Source of the DNA: Candidatus Binatia bacterium
GTDB taxonomy: Bacteria > Desulfobacterota > Binatia > UBA9968 > CAXXLF01
Reading direction: 5' to 3'
Length of the DNA stretch: 64,000 nucleotides
Assembly (NCBI GenBank): GCA_963664015.2
Contig: CAXXLF010000002.1
Location: forward strand, 1,408,001-1,472,000
Positions 25,548 through 35,623 of this stretch are shown here, piece by piece. A program made the position numbers and the translations under genes. The notes beneath the pieces are model-generated. The model saw only the letters and a list, made by a program, of their open reading frames with translations. It was not told the origin of the DNA and made no database searches. Every line of letters begins with the position of its first letter. Position 1 is the stretch's first letter.

Positions 25548-26165
25548 TCAAGGTTTGACCCGGAGCGAGGAGTGCAACGGCAGTTCCTCTTTGAGCTTTC
25601 TCAAGGCCCCACCCCGGTGGCTCACCCCTCCTTTGGTCTCCCGGTCCAGTTGGGCAAAGGTTTTTCCCAACGGAGGATAAAAAAAAAGTGGATCGTAGCC
25701 AAACCCCTGATCTCCTGCCAGTGCAAAGGCAATAGACCCTTCGCATTCCCCCCTAAACAACCATTGTCGTCCGCCCGAGTCCGAAGGTTCACAGAGGGCT
25801 ATCACGCAAACAAAACGCGCGCCTCGCTCAGACCAAGAGAGACCAGCCATGGCATGTAGCAAACGCTCATTGTTTTTTTTGTCGTTTCCCTGTCCCCCAC
25901 CGTACCGTGCGGAACGGATACCGGGGGCGCCACCCAAGGCGTAGACCTCGAGCCCAGAGTCGTCCGCTAGAGTTACCTTACCCGAGTATTCGGCCATCGT
26001 TCGGGCCTTTTTTAGCGCATTTTCCTCGAAGGTTTTTCCGTCCTCCGTAACCTTGGGAGGGGCAATGAGCTCTTCCAGGGAAATGAGCTGGAGGGGAAGC
26101 TCTCCAAGGGCGCCCTTGAATTCGGCGAGCTTGCCCCTATGGGTGGTTGCCACTAGGAGCTGCAC
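25548..26165 (-). CDS. rdgB: Non-canonical purine NTP pyrophosphatase (HAM1 family)
   Basis: ADDSGLEV, APGIRSARY, GFGYDPLF, SHRG; follows rph. Confidence 0.97.
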   Translation of the reverse strand: MQLLVATTHRGKLAEFKGALGELPLQLISLEELIAPPKVTEDGKTFEENALKKARTMAEYSGKVTLADDSGLEVYALGGAPGIRSARYGGGQGNDKKNNERLLHAMAGLSWSERGARFVCVIALCEPSDSGGRQWLFRGECEGSIAFALAGDQGFGYDPLFFYPPLGKTFAQLDRETKGGVSHRGGALRKLKEELPLHSSLRVKP

Positions 26166-26174
26166 GGGCGAGGC

Positions 26175-26897
26175 TTAGGCAAAGCTTGCGATTGCCTTCT
26201 TTTGCATCTCGAGGAGCTCACGAATCCCTTTTTGCGCCACTTCGACCATTCGGTCCATCCGTGCCTTGCTGAAAGGTGTTTGCTCCGCGGTCCCTTGGAT
26301 TTCGACGAAGTGTCCTGACCCTGTCATGACAAAGTTCATATCCACCTCGGCGTGACTGTCTTCCGGCGCATTGAGATCCAGGAGGATCTTTCGACCCACG
26401 ATCCCCACGCTCACGGCCGCCACGGCATCTTTCACCAGATCCTTTTCCGTTATTCCCTTGTGCGAGGCGCTGCGTATGGCCTCGACTAACGCAACATACG
26501 CCCCCGTAATAGAAGCCGTACGGGTACCGCCATCGGCCTGGATTACATCACAGTCCATCCAGAAAGTGCGCTCGCCTAGGGCTTCCAAATTCACCACGGC
26601 CCGAAGGCTGCGGCCAATGAGCCTCTGAATCTCATGGGTCCGACCTCCGACCTTGCCTCTGGTCGCTTCCCGGGGAATACGGATCTGCGACGAAGAGGGT
26701 AGCATCCCATATTCCGCTGTGATCCAACCCTTGCCGCTGTTGCGCAGGAACGGAGGGACCCTGTCTTCCAGTTTGGCCGTGCAGATCACCCGCGTGCCGC
26801 CCATTTCGATAAATGCCGAACCGTCGGCGTGCTTGATATAGCTCGGCGTAATAGTAATCCCTCTCAGTTCTCTCTCTCTCCTACCGTCTTCCCGCAT
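26175..26897 (-). CDS. rph: Ribonuclease PH
   Basis: [37 protein letters not shown]. Start placed at ATG 26897. Confidence 0.98.
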   Translation of the reverse strand: MREDGRRERELRGITITPSYIKHADGSAFIEMGGTRVICTAKLEDRVPPFLRNSGKGWITAEYGMLPSSSQIRIPREATRGKVGGRTHEIQRLIGRSLRAVVNLEALGERTFWMDCDVIQADGGTRTASITGAYVALVEAIRSASHKGITEKDLVKDAVAAVSVGIVGRKILLDLNAPEDSHAEVDMNFVMTGSGHFVEIQGTAEQTPFSKARMDRMVEVAQKGIRELLEMQKKAIASFA

Positions 26898-27021
26898 GTG
26901 TTGCCTTTCAGCCTGTAGTGCAGCTTGAAAATTGCTATTGAATTGGACGCGATCCCGCCAGCGACTTTCTTTCTGATCCGACAACTCTTTGTGGCGGTCT
27001 CTTGGATAAACCTTACTTCAC

Positions 27022-28434
27022 CTAAAGGTGCAGAACAACCATCTTGAGTTCGGTCATCTCCTCAACGGCGTAACGGGGCCCTCCTTACCAAAACCAGATT
27101 CTTTCAAACCGCCGTATGGCATAAGGTCGGCGCGCCATTGAGGTCCCCAATTGATATGAAGGTTGCCCGAATCCACTTCCCGTGCAAACCGCCTGGCCCA
27201 TTCCAGATTCTTCGTGAAAATCCCAGCCGCAAGTCCGATAGATGGATTGGTTGGCAAGCGCTATGGCTTCATCAATGTTCTTAAAGGGGGTAACCGCTAC
27301 CGCGGGGCCGAATAATTCCTCACATGAGATGCGCATCTCTGGTTTGACATCGGCCACCACCGAGGGGATGTAGACTGCCCCGTGACGCTCTCCCCCCGGT
27401 CACAAGGCGAGCCCCGCCGTCTATGGCCTCATTCACCCATTTTCAACACGAATGGCGTCGTCCTCCCGTATCATGGGCCCAACCTGAGTTGTTGCCTCGA
27501 GCTGATCGCCAGTGACCATGCCGGCAATCTTGGGATTGAGGACACTAAGAAAGTCGCTGTAGACCTCTCCTGCAGTGAGGCTCCTCTGAGCCGATATGCA
27601 CACTTGTCCGGCATTGGCATAACCGGTCGCGGCTACGGCCTCCGCTACCCTTTCAATATCGGCGTCGGGCATGACGATAAGGGGAGAATTGGAACCCAGT
27701 TCCATAGTCACCCTCTTGATCCCTGCAAGGCGGCAAATCCGCTCCCCGATGTCCCGGCTGCCGGTAAAGGTTATCTTTCTGACCCGTCGATCCGCGACCA
27801 ATGGATCACCAATCTCACTCCCTGATCCGGTGATGCACTGGATCCCCTATGCCGGGAGACCGGACTCAAGAAGGACCCGGGTGAGATGGAGAGCCGACAG
27901 GGGCGTATCCGTCGCCGGCTTGATGATGACCGAATTGCCGGCGGCAAGCGCGGGGCCCACCTTATGGCAAACCAGGTTCAGAGGAAAGTTGAACGGACTG
28001 ATGGCGGCCACGACACCACAGGGTACTCGCAGGGTAAAGCCCAGCTTGCCGCCCCCGCCGGGATCTCCATCCAGAGGTACGGTCTCGCCATGGATTCGCT
28101 TTGCCTCCTCCGCCGATCCCAGCAGGGTTTCCACTGCACGGCCGGCTTCACTGCGTCCTTCGGAAATAATTTTGCCCTCTTCCGACGAGATCAGGCGGCC
28201 TAGTTTTTCCGTCTCTTTCCCCATCAAGTCGGCTGCCTTGCTAAGGATCTTCCACCGTTCGTAGCCGGAAAGCTTGGCCATCACCTTCGCTCCGCGTTCG
28301 GCAAAGGCCAATGCGCGTTCCACATCGCCCACTTCCCCCCTTGGGACCGTATCGATGACCGAACCATCGAAGGGATTGAGAACCTCGATACCTTTAGGCT
28401 TGTCGACCCATTCGCCTGCTATGAACATCTTCAT
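27022..28434 (-). pseudogene. Aldehyde dehydrogenase pseudogene
   Basis: ISPFNFP, KPAT, FTGS, ELGSNSP, AGQVC, EELFGP and PYGGLKESG are spread over four ORFs. In-frame TAG at 27847-27849; frameshifts near 27440, 27237 and 27076. Confidence 0.93.
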
Positions 28435-28611
28435 GGTCGTCCTCCTGCTTCTCTTACTTCTCTTACATAACCTGGCCTGAAAGTTACCCGCTCGTTCCGG
28501 CAAGTGTCAACAAGTTGTCCTGTGATGCATCAGTCATTTTGCCCGGCCCGCCCACATGGGGTTTTGGCGGGATTACACTCGGCAATTTCTGTATGGTAGG
28601 AATGTTACGAA

Positions 28612-29487
28612 GTGATCCGATTTACGAACCGACAGATTTCCAGGCTCGTAACCGCCCTGGTGGGCCTGTTACCTGACCTGGCCGCCCAACGCCTCGGCTG
28701 GAGTCTCGGCACTTACGCCTCGTATATATGCCGCCGGCGAACCCATAAAGCCCAACGTCACATGGGTCGGGTGTTGGGCCCGGATGAGGACCTGCGAAGG
28801 GCGGGACGAGAGGTGTTTGGTTACTACGGTCAGTATTGGGGGGAACTGCTGTGGTTGCAGGCCCACGGCCTCAAAGTCAATTCCATCCCTACGATCGTGG
28901 ACGGGATCGAAGAGCTCCGTAAGGCCAAGGCCGCCAGCCGGGGAATGATCCTGGCCATGCCCCACCTGGGGAGTTGGGACGTGTTGGGATTCCTGGCACG
29001 TCAAGAACAGATTGAGATCACTGTTGTCGCCGAATGTCTTCCTGAACACAGGATGCGAGATTGGTTTTTGAAGTTACGAAGGGGACTGGGGATGGAGGTT
29101 CTGGACGCTGGGCGCGATGGTGTCTCGGCATCGGCGCTCGCCAAAAGGCTAAGGACCGGAGGCGCGATTGTATTGATTACCGATCGTGATCTCAGGGGGA
29201 CCGGTGTGCCGGTGGTCTTCTTTGGCGAACAAACGACATTGCCCGGTGGGCCGGCGACACTGGCGGAACTGACGGGAGCACCCATCTTTCCGGTGGCGGA
29301 CTATTTCCTCCCCGGCGGAGGGCACCGTATAGTGATTCAAAAACCCCTCGCGTCAACGACGACCGGCAGCCTAGAGCAACGCTTACGCCTGCGTACCCAG
29401 CGACTGGCCCAATCCCTCGAGATTCTTATACGCCAAGCGCCCACCCAGTGGCACTTGGTACGCCCCAACTGGCCATCAGACCGCTGA
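28612..29487 (+). CDS. Lipid acyltransferase, LpxL/PatA (phosphatidylinositol mannoside acyltransferase)-like
   Basis: PHLGSWD catalytic HxxxxD, TDRDL, VVFFG...LPGGPATLA, PTQWHL..PNWP. Confidence 0.85.
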   Translation: MIRFTNRQISRLVTALVGLLPDLAAQRLGWSLGTYASYICRRRTHKAQRHMGRVLGPDEDLRRAGREVFGYYGQYWGELLWLQAHGLKVNSIPTIVDGIEELRKAKAASRGMILAMPHLGSWDVLGFLARQEQIEITVVAECLPEHRMRDWFLKLRRGLGMEVLDAGRDGVSASALAKRLRTGGAIVLITDRDLRGTGVPVVFFGEQTTLPGGPATLAELTGAPIFPVADYFLPGGGHRIVIQKPLASTTTGSLEQRLRLRTQRLAQSLEILIRQAPTQWHLVRPNWPSDR

Positions 29488-29492
29488 CCCGA

Positions 29493-29979
29493 TTACCCGC
29501 CGTAATTCAGGCCGTGGTCCCGCATCAGGATGGTCTGATCCTCCCGCCGAATACCCGCCTCCAGGACCTCGCCCACAAACAGGGTGTGATCCCCTTTGGC
29601 TACCTCGCCGACGACCTTACATTCCCACCATGCGGGCAGATTGAGAAAGAGGGGACAACCCGTGTTCTTGCCCAATTCAAAACTCTCCCCCCCCAAGGGT
29701 ATTGCTTTGAGGTTGCTGGGGTTTGAAAAAAGTGAAGGCAATGTCTTTTTGATCCTTACCGATCACATTGATGGCAAAGACCCCGGTGTCCTTGATTTGC
29801 TGATGCACCCCCGAATCCGCCTTGACGCCCACGGCGATAAGAGGGGGCTGGAAAGAGGTCTGAGTCGCCCAGTTGATCGTAGCCGCATTGGCACCCTGGC
29901 CGCCGCTCTCCTTAGTACTGAGCACAAACATTCCGTAAGGAATCATTCTCAACGCTGTTTTTTTCGCCGCTTCGTCCAT
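29493..29979 (-). pseudogene. Flavin reductase family protein split by a one-base frameshift in a G8 run
   Basis: N-part (ALRMIPYG, WATQTSFQPPLIAV) and C-part (WWECKV, GDHTLFVGEV, YGG) are in different frames. Removing one G from the run at 29687-29694 joins them. Confidence 0.85.
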
Positions 29980-30021
29980 CCAGTGCCTCCTTGGTTATTT
30001 TCGTTTATTTGGTCTGATCTT

Positions 30022-30225
30022 TCATCGGATCTTTAAATCCAATGCCACCGGCCCCTTTTCCCCCTTGCGAACCTGGAACTGCACCGTGTCTCCCTCGTTG
30101 AAATCCTCCAATTGCCCCCTCGGGGCCATACTGCTCCGATGAAAAAAAACATCCTCGCTACCATCATCGGGTGTGATGAATCCGAATCTTCGTTCACGAA
30201 CTATCTTTTTAATTGCCCCCGTCAT
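30022..30225 (-). CDS. Cold-shock domain protein
   Basis: FGFITPDDG.DVFFH (RNP1/RNP2), KGPVA; 67 aa. Confidence 0.93.
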   Translation of the reverse strand: MTGAIKKIVRERRFGFITPDDGSEDVFFHRSSMAPRGQLEDFNEGDTVQFQVRKGEKGPVALDLKIR

Positions 30226-30344
30226 TAGTCGATTCTCTCTCCATCAAAACTTGTTTCAAATCTCATAATCCCAAGAAATTTCGAAGTCAAGCCTGCACAG
30301 GGCAAAGCCAGCAAGGGGCAAGACGCATAGCCCCATGGGTCAGA

Positions 30345-30582
30345 GTGAAGCCTCCACAGGCTTACGCCGGTGGATCCCTCCTTATCTGTGGCGGATTCCG
30401 CCGACGCACCCTCCTTACCTACTCCGCCGAAGCGGCCGCCTCGGCTGCGAAGGCCGGGCGCTCTTCGAGATACGGCCAGTCGCCCGAAGGCTTTGGGCCG
30501 CAGGGCGGAGGGTCCGTCCATCGCATTTATCCATGAGGTCACGGAGCTCACACCCATGGTCTGATGCGAAGGCGGATGAAAA
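30345..30582. mobile_element. Non-coding multi-hairpin element, possibly an IS200/IS605-derived MITE
   Basis: Subterminal imperfect palindromes (CCACAGGC-TTAC-GCCGGTGG; CCATG...CATGG) and nested stems (ACCCTCC/GGAGGGT, GCCGAAGCG/CGCCTCGGC). No credible ORF. Confidence 0.45.
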
Positions 30583-30932
30583 TGGAACAAGGATCAGGGT
30601 CGCCTTCCACCGTAAACGCTGCACCGAGCCGAATCAAGGAGAGCACGCCCCGATCGGAGCCTTGTTCACCGAGGAGTTCCCTTGCAGCGAAATCACTTGT
30701 CTCTGTCACTGGGAATCTATCAAAAACATTTGGGTTACTGTGAATGTGTGAAAAGGCGCGCTTGCCCTTGCAAATGATTCGGATGAGGTCTAAACATAGG
30801 AAAAGGCGCTTGATTATGCGCTTTTCAATAGCAGGCGAAAAATGCAATGGGATACTGGGATTAGTATCCTTCCTGCAGCGCATCTCGTATTTAGCATAAT
30901 TTAGTTTTTGATTTAATCATTAAGGATAAATC

Positions 30933-32729
30933 ATGAATAAAATTGATCTTGCCATAGCGATTGGCGGTGCCGCCGGCCAGGGGATTGCGACACCGGGAGA
31001 CATCCTGGCCCGTATCTTCGTGCGCCGGGGTCTCCATTTGAATGCTTACAACGCGTACCAGTCCATCATTCGTGGTGGCCATATCTTCTTGACGCTGCGC
31101 ACCAGTGAACAAGTCGTGCACACCTACGGTGATAAGCTCGACGTCTTGATACCCTTGAATCAAGATACCATGAACCGGCATCTCAAGTTGATGAAGTCCG
31201 GCTCCGTCGTGCTGTTCAACAGTGATAAAATCCATCCTGGCACGGCGGCCAAGGGAGTCCAGCTCTGTCCCTTCTCGGTTAAGGAACTTGCCCCCAAGGT
31301 CAGGGGAGATCTGGTTCAAAATACCGTTGCCTTGGCGGCGGTGCTTCGTTTGATCGGTGTCGAGTTCAACACCCTGAAAGGCATTTTGACCTTGCAGTTC
31401 AAGCGAAAAAGCGACGCCGTTGTTGCAGAAAACGTGGGAGTGGCCCGTGCTGGATACGATTATGCGGGCGAGCATTTCAGACCGTTCCCCTTTACCCTGC
31501 CCGACACGGGTAAGAAACTGGCATTTTTAGAAGGCAACCAGGCCCTGGCCATGGGAGGAGCGGCGGCGGGAGTTCGCTTTTACTGCGCCTATCCCATGAG
31601 TCCCGCCACCGGTGTCCTCCATTGGATGGCTCGCCACGCACGTCAGATGGGAATTATGGTGCGTCAGGTCGAAGACGAGCTGGCCGTGATCAACATGGCC
31701 ATCGGCGCCGCCCATACGGGGTGCCGGGCCATGTGCGCCACCTCGGGAGGCGGCTTTGCACTCATGACGGAGGCCCTCGGTGCAGCGTCCATGATGGAGA
31801 TACCCGTAGTTTGCATCGACGTCCAACGGGCGGGACCGGCCACCGGCGTACCCACCAAGACCGAGCAGGGGGACCTCTGGCAAGCCCTGGGAGCAGGGCA
31901 AGGAGACTATCCGAGAGTGATTGTTGCGCCCACCACCATTACGGACTGCTTCAAGACGGTTCCCGAGCTGTTTAATTTAGCGGATAAATTCCAATGTCCC
32001 GGCATTATTTTGACGGACCTCCTCCTTTCAGAAGGTCGCTCCAGTGTGGACCCCGCCGAACTGAACTTCGATGTCCCCATTGACCGCGGTGAAGTGATCG
32101 GATTGAACGGTGATGTTCCCCCGGCTAACGGCGAATACAAACGTTTCGCGCTTACCAAAAGCGGCGTATCTCCCCGTGCTCTGCCAGGCGCCCCCGGCTA
32201 CGTTCACGTGGTGGCCACCGACGAACACGACGAAGACGGCACCTTGCTCAGTGACGAATTCACCAACGCCCGTAGGCGACAGCTTAGCCATGAAAAACGG
32301 ATGCGTAAAATGAAAGGGATCTTACCGTTGATCAAATCTCCCAGGCTCTTCGGCCCGACCAAGGCAAAGGTGACGCTTCTCGGTTGGGGTTCCACCGAAG
32401 GGGTTATTCGCGAGGCGTTGGAAAAACTCGCTGAAGAGGAACAGATCATTGCCAACAACCTACAAATCAAATGGCTGGTCCCGCTCCACACCAAGGCGAT
32501 CTTGGCCATCCTTTCCAAGAGCAAGAAAGTGATCATTGTAGAGAACAACTACAGCGGCCAATTTGGCCGATATCTCCGGTCCGAGTCCGGATTCGACGCC
32601 GACGGCCATATTCGGAAATACGATGGTGAGCCGTTTATGCCCCATCACATTGTTCAGGGTGTCAAAAAGATTCTGTCTACTAAAAATCAAGTCAAGCAGT
32701 ACGTACCGGTACACGAAATTACGGTTTGA
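30933..32729 (+). CDS. 2-oxoacid:ferredoxin oxidoreductase alpha subunit (gamma-alpha fusion type)
   Basis: GGAAGQG, IRGGH, YPMSPAT, EDELA, ATSGGGF, QRAGPATG, VENNYSGQ. Confidence 0.95.
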   Translation: MNKIDLAIAIGGAAGQGIATPGDILARIFVRRGLHLNAYNAYQSIIRGGHIFLTLRTSEQVVHTYGDKLDVLIPLNQDTMNRHLKLMKSGSVVLFNSDKIHPGTAAKGVQLCPFSVKELAPKVRGDLVQNTVALAAVLRLIGVEFNTLKGILTLQFKRKSDAVVAENVGVARAGYDYAGEHFRPFPFTLPDTGKKLAFLEGNQALAMGGAAAGVRFYCAYPMSPATGVLHWMARHARQMGIMVRQVEDELAVINMAIGAAHTGCRAMCATSGGGFALMTEALGAASMMEIPVVCIDVQRAGPATGVPTKTEQGDLWQALGAGQGDYPRVIVAPTTITDCFKTVPELFNLADKFQCPGIILTDLLLSEGRSSVDPAELNFDVPIDRGEVIGLNGDVPPANGEYKRFALTKSGVSPRALPGAPGYVHVVATDEHDEDGTLLSDEFTNARRRQLSHEKRMRKMKGILPLIKSPRLFGPTKAKVTLLGWGSTEGVIREALEKLAEEEQIIANNLQIKWLVPLHTKAILAILSKSKKVIIVENNYSGQFGRYLRSESGFDADGHIRKYDGEPFMPHHIVQGVKKILSTKNQVKQYVPVHEITV

Positions 32730-32739
32730 GGAGACAAAC

Positions 32740-33681
32740 ATGAGCACGCCAATGGAAGAGATCACAACTCGAGGCCAAGGCCCAAAGGGTATCGGGCAAA
32801 ACCCGCTACCGAAACTGACGGTCAAGGATTTCAAGAGCAAAGTAGACCCCGATTGGTGCCCAGGATGTGGGGATTTCGGTTTGCTCATCGCCCTCAAGCA
32901 GGCCCTTGTGGAACTGGAGCTGCAGCCCCATCAGGTTATGACGGTCAGTGGAATCGGCTGCTCGTCCAACCTACCCGGTTACATCAATGCCAATGGGATG
33001 CACACCCTTCATGGCCGCGCCCTGGCCGTGGCCACGGGCGCACAGATGGCCAACCACTCGCTCAAGATCATCGCCGCCGGTGGAGACGGCGACGGGTTCG
33101 GGATCGGAGGGAACCACTTCGTCCACACCATGCGGCGGAATGTCGACCTGACCTACATTGTCATGGATAACCAGATATACGGCCTGACCACAGGACAGAT
33201 CTCCCCAACCAGCATCAAAGGGATGACCACGAAAAGTACGCCCTTCGGAAGCGTGGAAAACCCCATCAACCCGATCCCCCTTGCCATCGCTGCAGGGGCC
33301 ACCTACGTTGCACGGGGTTACACGGGTCAGGTAAAGCACCTGACTGCACTGATCAAGGGGGCTATCCAGCACAGGGGGTTTGCCCTGATCGATGCCTTCA
33401 GTCCCTGCGTCACCTACAATCTGGACAACACCCACGACTTCTTCAAGCAGCGCACCACGAAGCTCGAGGATATGGGCCACGACCCAACGAATTTCCAAGC
33501 TGCCATGGAGAAGGCCTATATGTGGGGCGAAACTATTCCTATCGGTCTGTTCTGGAAGCGGGAAGACCTCCCCTCGCTGGACCAGTCGGAACCGGTGCTG
33601 GAAGAAGGCGGCCCTATGGCCCATCGCCCATTGGGGGTCTCCTCCGAGACCGCCCAGGCCCTGATCCGAGAATTGATGTAA
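32740..33681 (+). CDS. 2-oxoacid:ferredoxin oxidoreductase beta subunit
   Basis: WCPGCGD, SGIGCSS, HGRAL, GGDGD...DNQIYGLTTGQ TPP motif. ATG at 32740 with GAGGAG upstream. Confidence 0.95.
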   Translation: MSTPMEEITTRGQGPKGIGQNPLPKLTVKDFKSKVDPDWCPGCGDFGLLIALKQALVELELQPHQVMTVSGIGCSSNLPGYINANGMHTLHGRALAVATGAQMANHSLKIIAAGGDGDGFGIGGNHFVHTMRRNVDLTYIVMDNQIYGLTTGQISPTSIKGMTTKSTPFGSVENPINPIPLAIAAGATYVARGYTGQVKHLTALIKGAIQHRGFALIDAFSPCVTYNLDNTHDFFKQRTTKLEDMGHDPTNFQAAMEKAYMWGETIPIGLFWKREDLPSLDQSEPVLEEGGPMAHRPLGVSSETAQALIRELM

Positions 33682-33742
33682 CCGGTCATCCAGTCAATCA
33701 GCTATCATAGGCCTTCCCCAAGGTCGGCCTGAGACTCCCCCT

Positions 33743-34372
33743 GTGAACACCCTACTCGTACGAGATCTGGGCCAGATGGAATACCTGGCGGCCCTTTCTC
33801 GCCAACAGGAACTCGTCCAACAGAAGCAACAAAGCAAGGAGCCGGATATGTTACTTCTCGTAGAACATCCCCACGTCTTCACCCTCGGGCTGGGCGGCGC
33901 GGAAAAAAACCTATTGGCACCCGGCACCGTCCCATGTCACCGAATCGGCAGGGGAGGAGACATCACCTATCATGGCCCGGGCCAGATGGTGGCCTATCCT
34001 CTCATCGACCTCAAATCCAGACTCCGACGGGACGTTCATCGCTATCTCAAAAACCTCGAGGAGACATTGATTCAAACCCTTGAGGCCTTCGGGATCTCAG
34101 CCGAGCGGCGCCCCCGCTGCACCGGCGTGTGGATCGGGACCAGGAAGATCGCCGCCATCGGCATTGCCGTGCGCAGGGGAATTACCTGCCATGGAGCGGC
34201 CCTCAACATCAATGCGGATCTCACCTACTTCGACCGAATCGTTCCTTGTGGCCTTCCCTGGGCTCAGGTGACCTCCCTCGAACGTGAACTGGGATACGAA
34301 GTTGACCTGGACCGGGTGAAAGAGGTATTCGTCGATTGCTTCACGAAACGATTCGGCTACTCGCAGATTTAA
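33743..34372 (+). CDS. lipB: Octanoyltransferase
   Basis: EHPHVFTLG, RGGDITYHGPGQ, KIAAIG, IVPCG. Confidence 0.97.
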   Translation: MNTLLVRDLGQMEYLAALSRQQELVQQKQQSKEPDMLLLVEHPHVFTLGLGGAEKNLLAPGTVPCHRIGRGGDITYHGPGQMVAYPLIDLKSRLRRDVHRYLKNLEETLIQTLEAFGISAERRPRCTGVWIGTRKIAAIGIAVRRGITCHGAALNINADLTYFDRIVPCGLPWAQVTSLERELGYEVDLDRVKEVFVDCFTKRFGYSQI

Positions 34373-34377
34373 CATCT

Positions 34378-35226
34378 ATGCCACGAAGACACCCCGACTG
34401 GATCAAAGTCAAAGCCCCTGGAGGTCCCAACTACCTTCGACTCAAGGGGATCCTGAGGCAGCACAACCTCCATACGGTTTGCGAAGAAGCCCGCTGCCCT
34501 AATGCGGGCGAGTGCTGGGAACACAATACCGCCACTTTTTTAATTTCGGGGGATACCTGCACCCGTGGCTGCCGATTCTGCGCCATTAGCAAGGGCCGGC
34601 CAAACTCTTTGGATCCCGATGAGCCTCGTAATGTAGGGCGAGCCGTTAAAAAACTGGGCCTCGATCACATTGTCGTTACCTCGGTAAACCGAGATGACCT
34701 ACCGGACGGCGGATCAGGCCATTTTGCCGCAACGGTTTTCTGGATCAAGCGTTTGAATCCCGACATTCGAGTGGAAGTCCTGATTCCCGATTTCAAAGGT
34801 GACTCTGTTGCCCTGGAAACCGTGGTCCGCTCGGGAGTCCACGTCCTGAATCACAATCTGGAGACGGTCCCCCGGCTCTACAGGAAAGTCAGGCCCGGGG
34901 CTCTTTACGAACGCTCGCTAGATATTATTAAGAACGCCAAGAAAATCCGTGGCGAGGTCCTCACAAAGTCAGGATTGATGCTGGGTGTCGGTGAGACCGC
35001 CGAAGAGGTGATGAAAACCCTGCACGACTTGAGGCAGGCCGAGTGCGACATCGTTACCCTAGGGCAATACCTACAGCCATCCAAGGATCAGCTACCCGTG
35101 GAAAGGTATCTCGCCCCCCATGAGTTTCAAAGTCTCAAGAGTGGGGCTGAAAATCTAGGATTTCGTCACGTGGAATCAGGACCGCTAGTGCGCAGTTCTT
35201 ATCACGCTTGGAGCCACGTCCACTAG
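34378..35226 (+). CDS. lipA: Lipoyl synthase
   Basis: CEEARCPNAGEC, CTRGCRFC, RSSYHA. Start at ATG 34378. Confidence 0.98.
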   Translation: MPRRHPDWIKVKAPGGPNYLRLKGILRQHNLHTVCEEARCPNAGECWEHNTATFLISGDTCTRGCRFCAISKGRPNSLDPDEPRNVGRAVKKLGLDHIVVTSVNRDDLPDGGSGHFAATVFWIKRLNPDIRVEVLIPDFKGDSVALETVVRSGVHVLNHNLETVPRLYRKVRPGALYERSLDIIKNAKKIRGEVLTKSGLMLGVGETAEEVMKTLHDLRQAECDIVTLGQYLQPSKDQLPVERYLAPHEFQSLKSGAENLGFRHVESGPLVRSSYHAWSHVH

Positions 35227-35299
35227 CAGGGAAACGGGACTCCAGGCCATGATTTTATTTTAACAGACAAAACGCCAAAGGCGGGGTGGTCGGAAATCT

Positions 35300-35572
35300 T
35301 TATCCCTTTTTCTTTTCATACCACTCGGCGTTGACCTGGAGAAAGTTTTTCCACTTCTCGGGAGTGGCCGCCTCCTCAAAGATCGCCTCCACAGGACAGA
35401 CCGGCTCACAGGCACCGCAATCAATGCATTCTTCCGGATCGATATAAAGCTGCTTTTCCTTATCGTACTCCTCCGGCTCATCCTTGGTTGGATGAATACA
35501 GTCGACCGGACAGACATCCACGCAAGCTGTATCCTTCACATCGATGCAAGGCTCCACAATGATATACGTCAT
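35300..35572 (-). CDS. Dicluster (7Fe-type) ferredoxin
   Basis: C-x7-C-x3-CP and CIDCGACEPVCP motifs. Confidence 0.93.
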   Translation of the reverse strand: MTYIIVEPCIDVKDTACVDVCPVDCIHPTKDEPEEYDKEKQLYIDPEECIDCGACEPVCPVEAIFEEAATPEKWKNFLQVNAEWYEKKKG

Positions 35573-35623
35573 CTACTTTTCCTCCTAATTTAAATCTAAA
35601 CCAAAAATGACAATGATGGTTCC

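Noticed and set aside
27847-27849. In-frame TAG in ALDH as pyrrolysine or readthrough recoding
   Set aside because: Three further frameshifts in the same gene indicate decay; no pyl genes in the window.
30583-30890. Possible gene remnant between the hairpin element and the OFOR operon
   Set aside because: No family could be recognised in any frame by eye.
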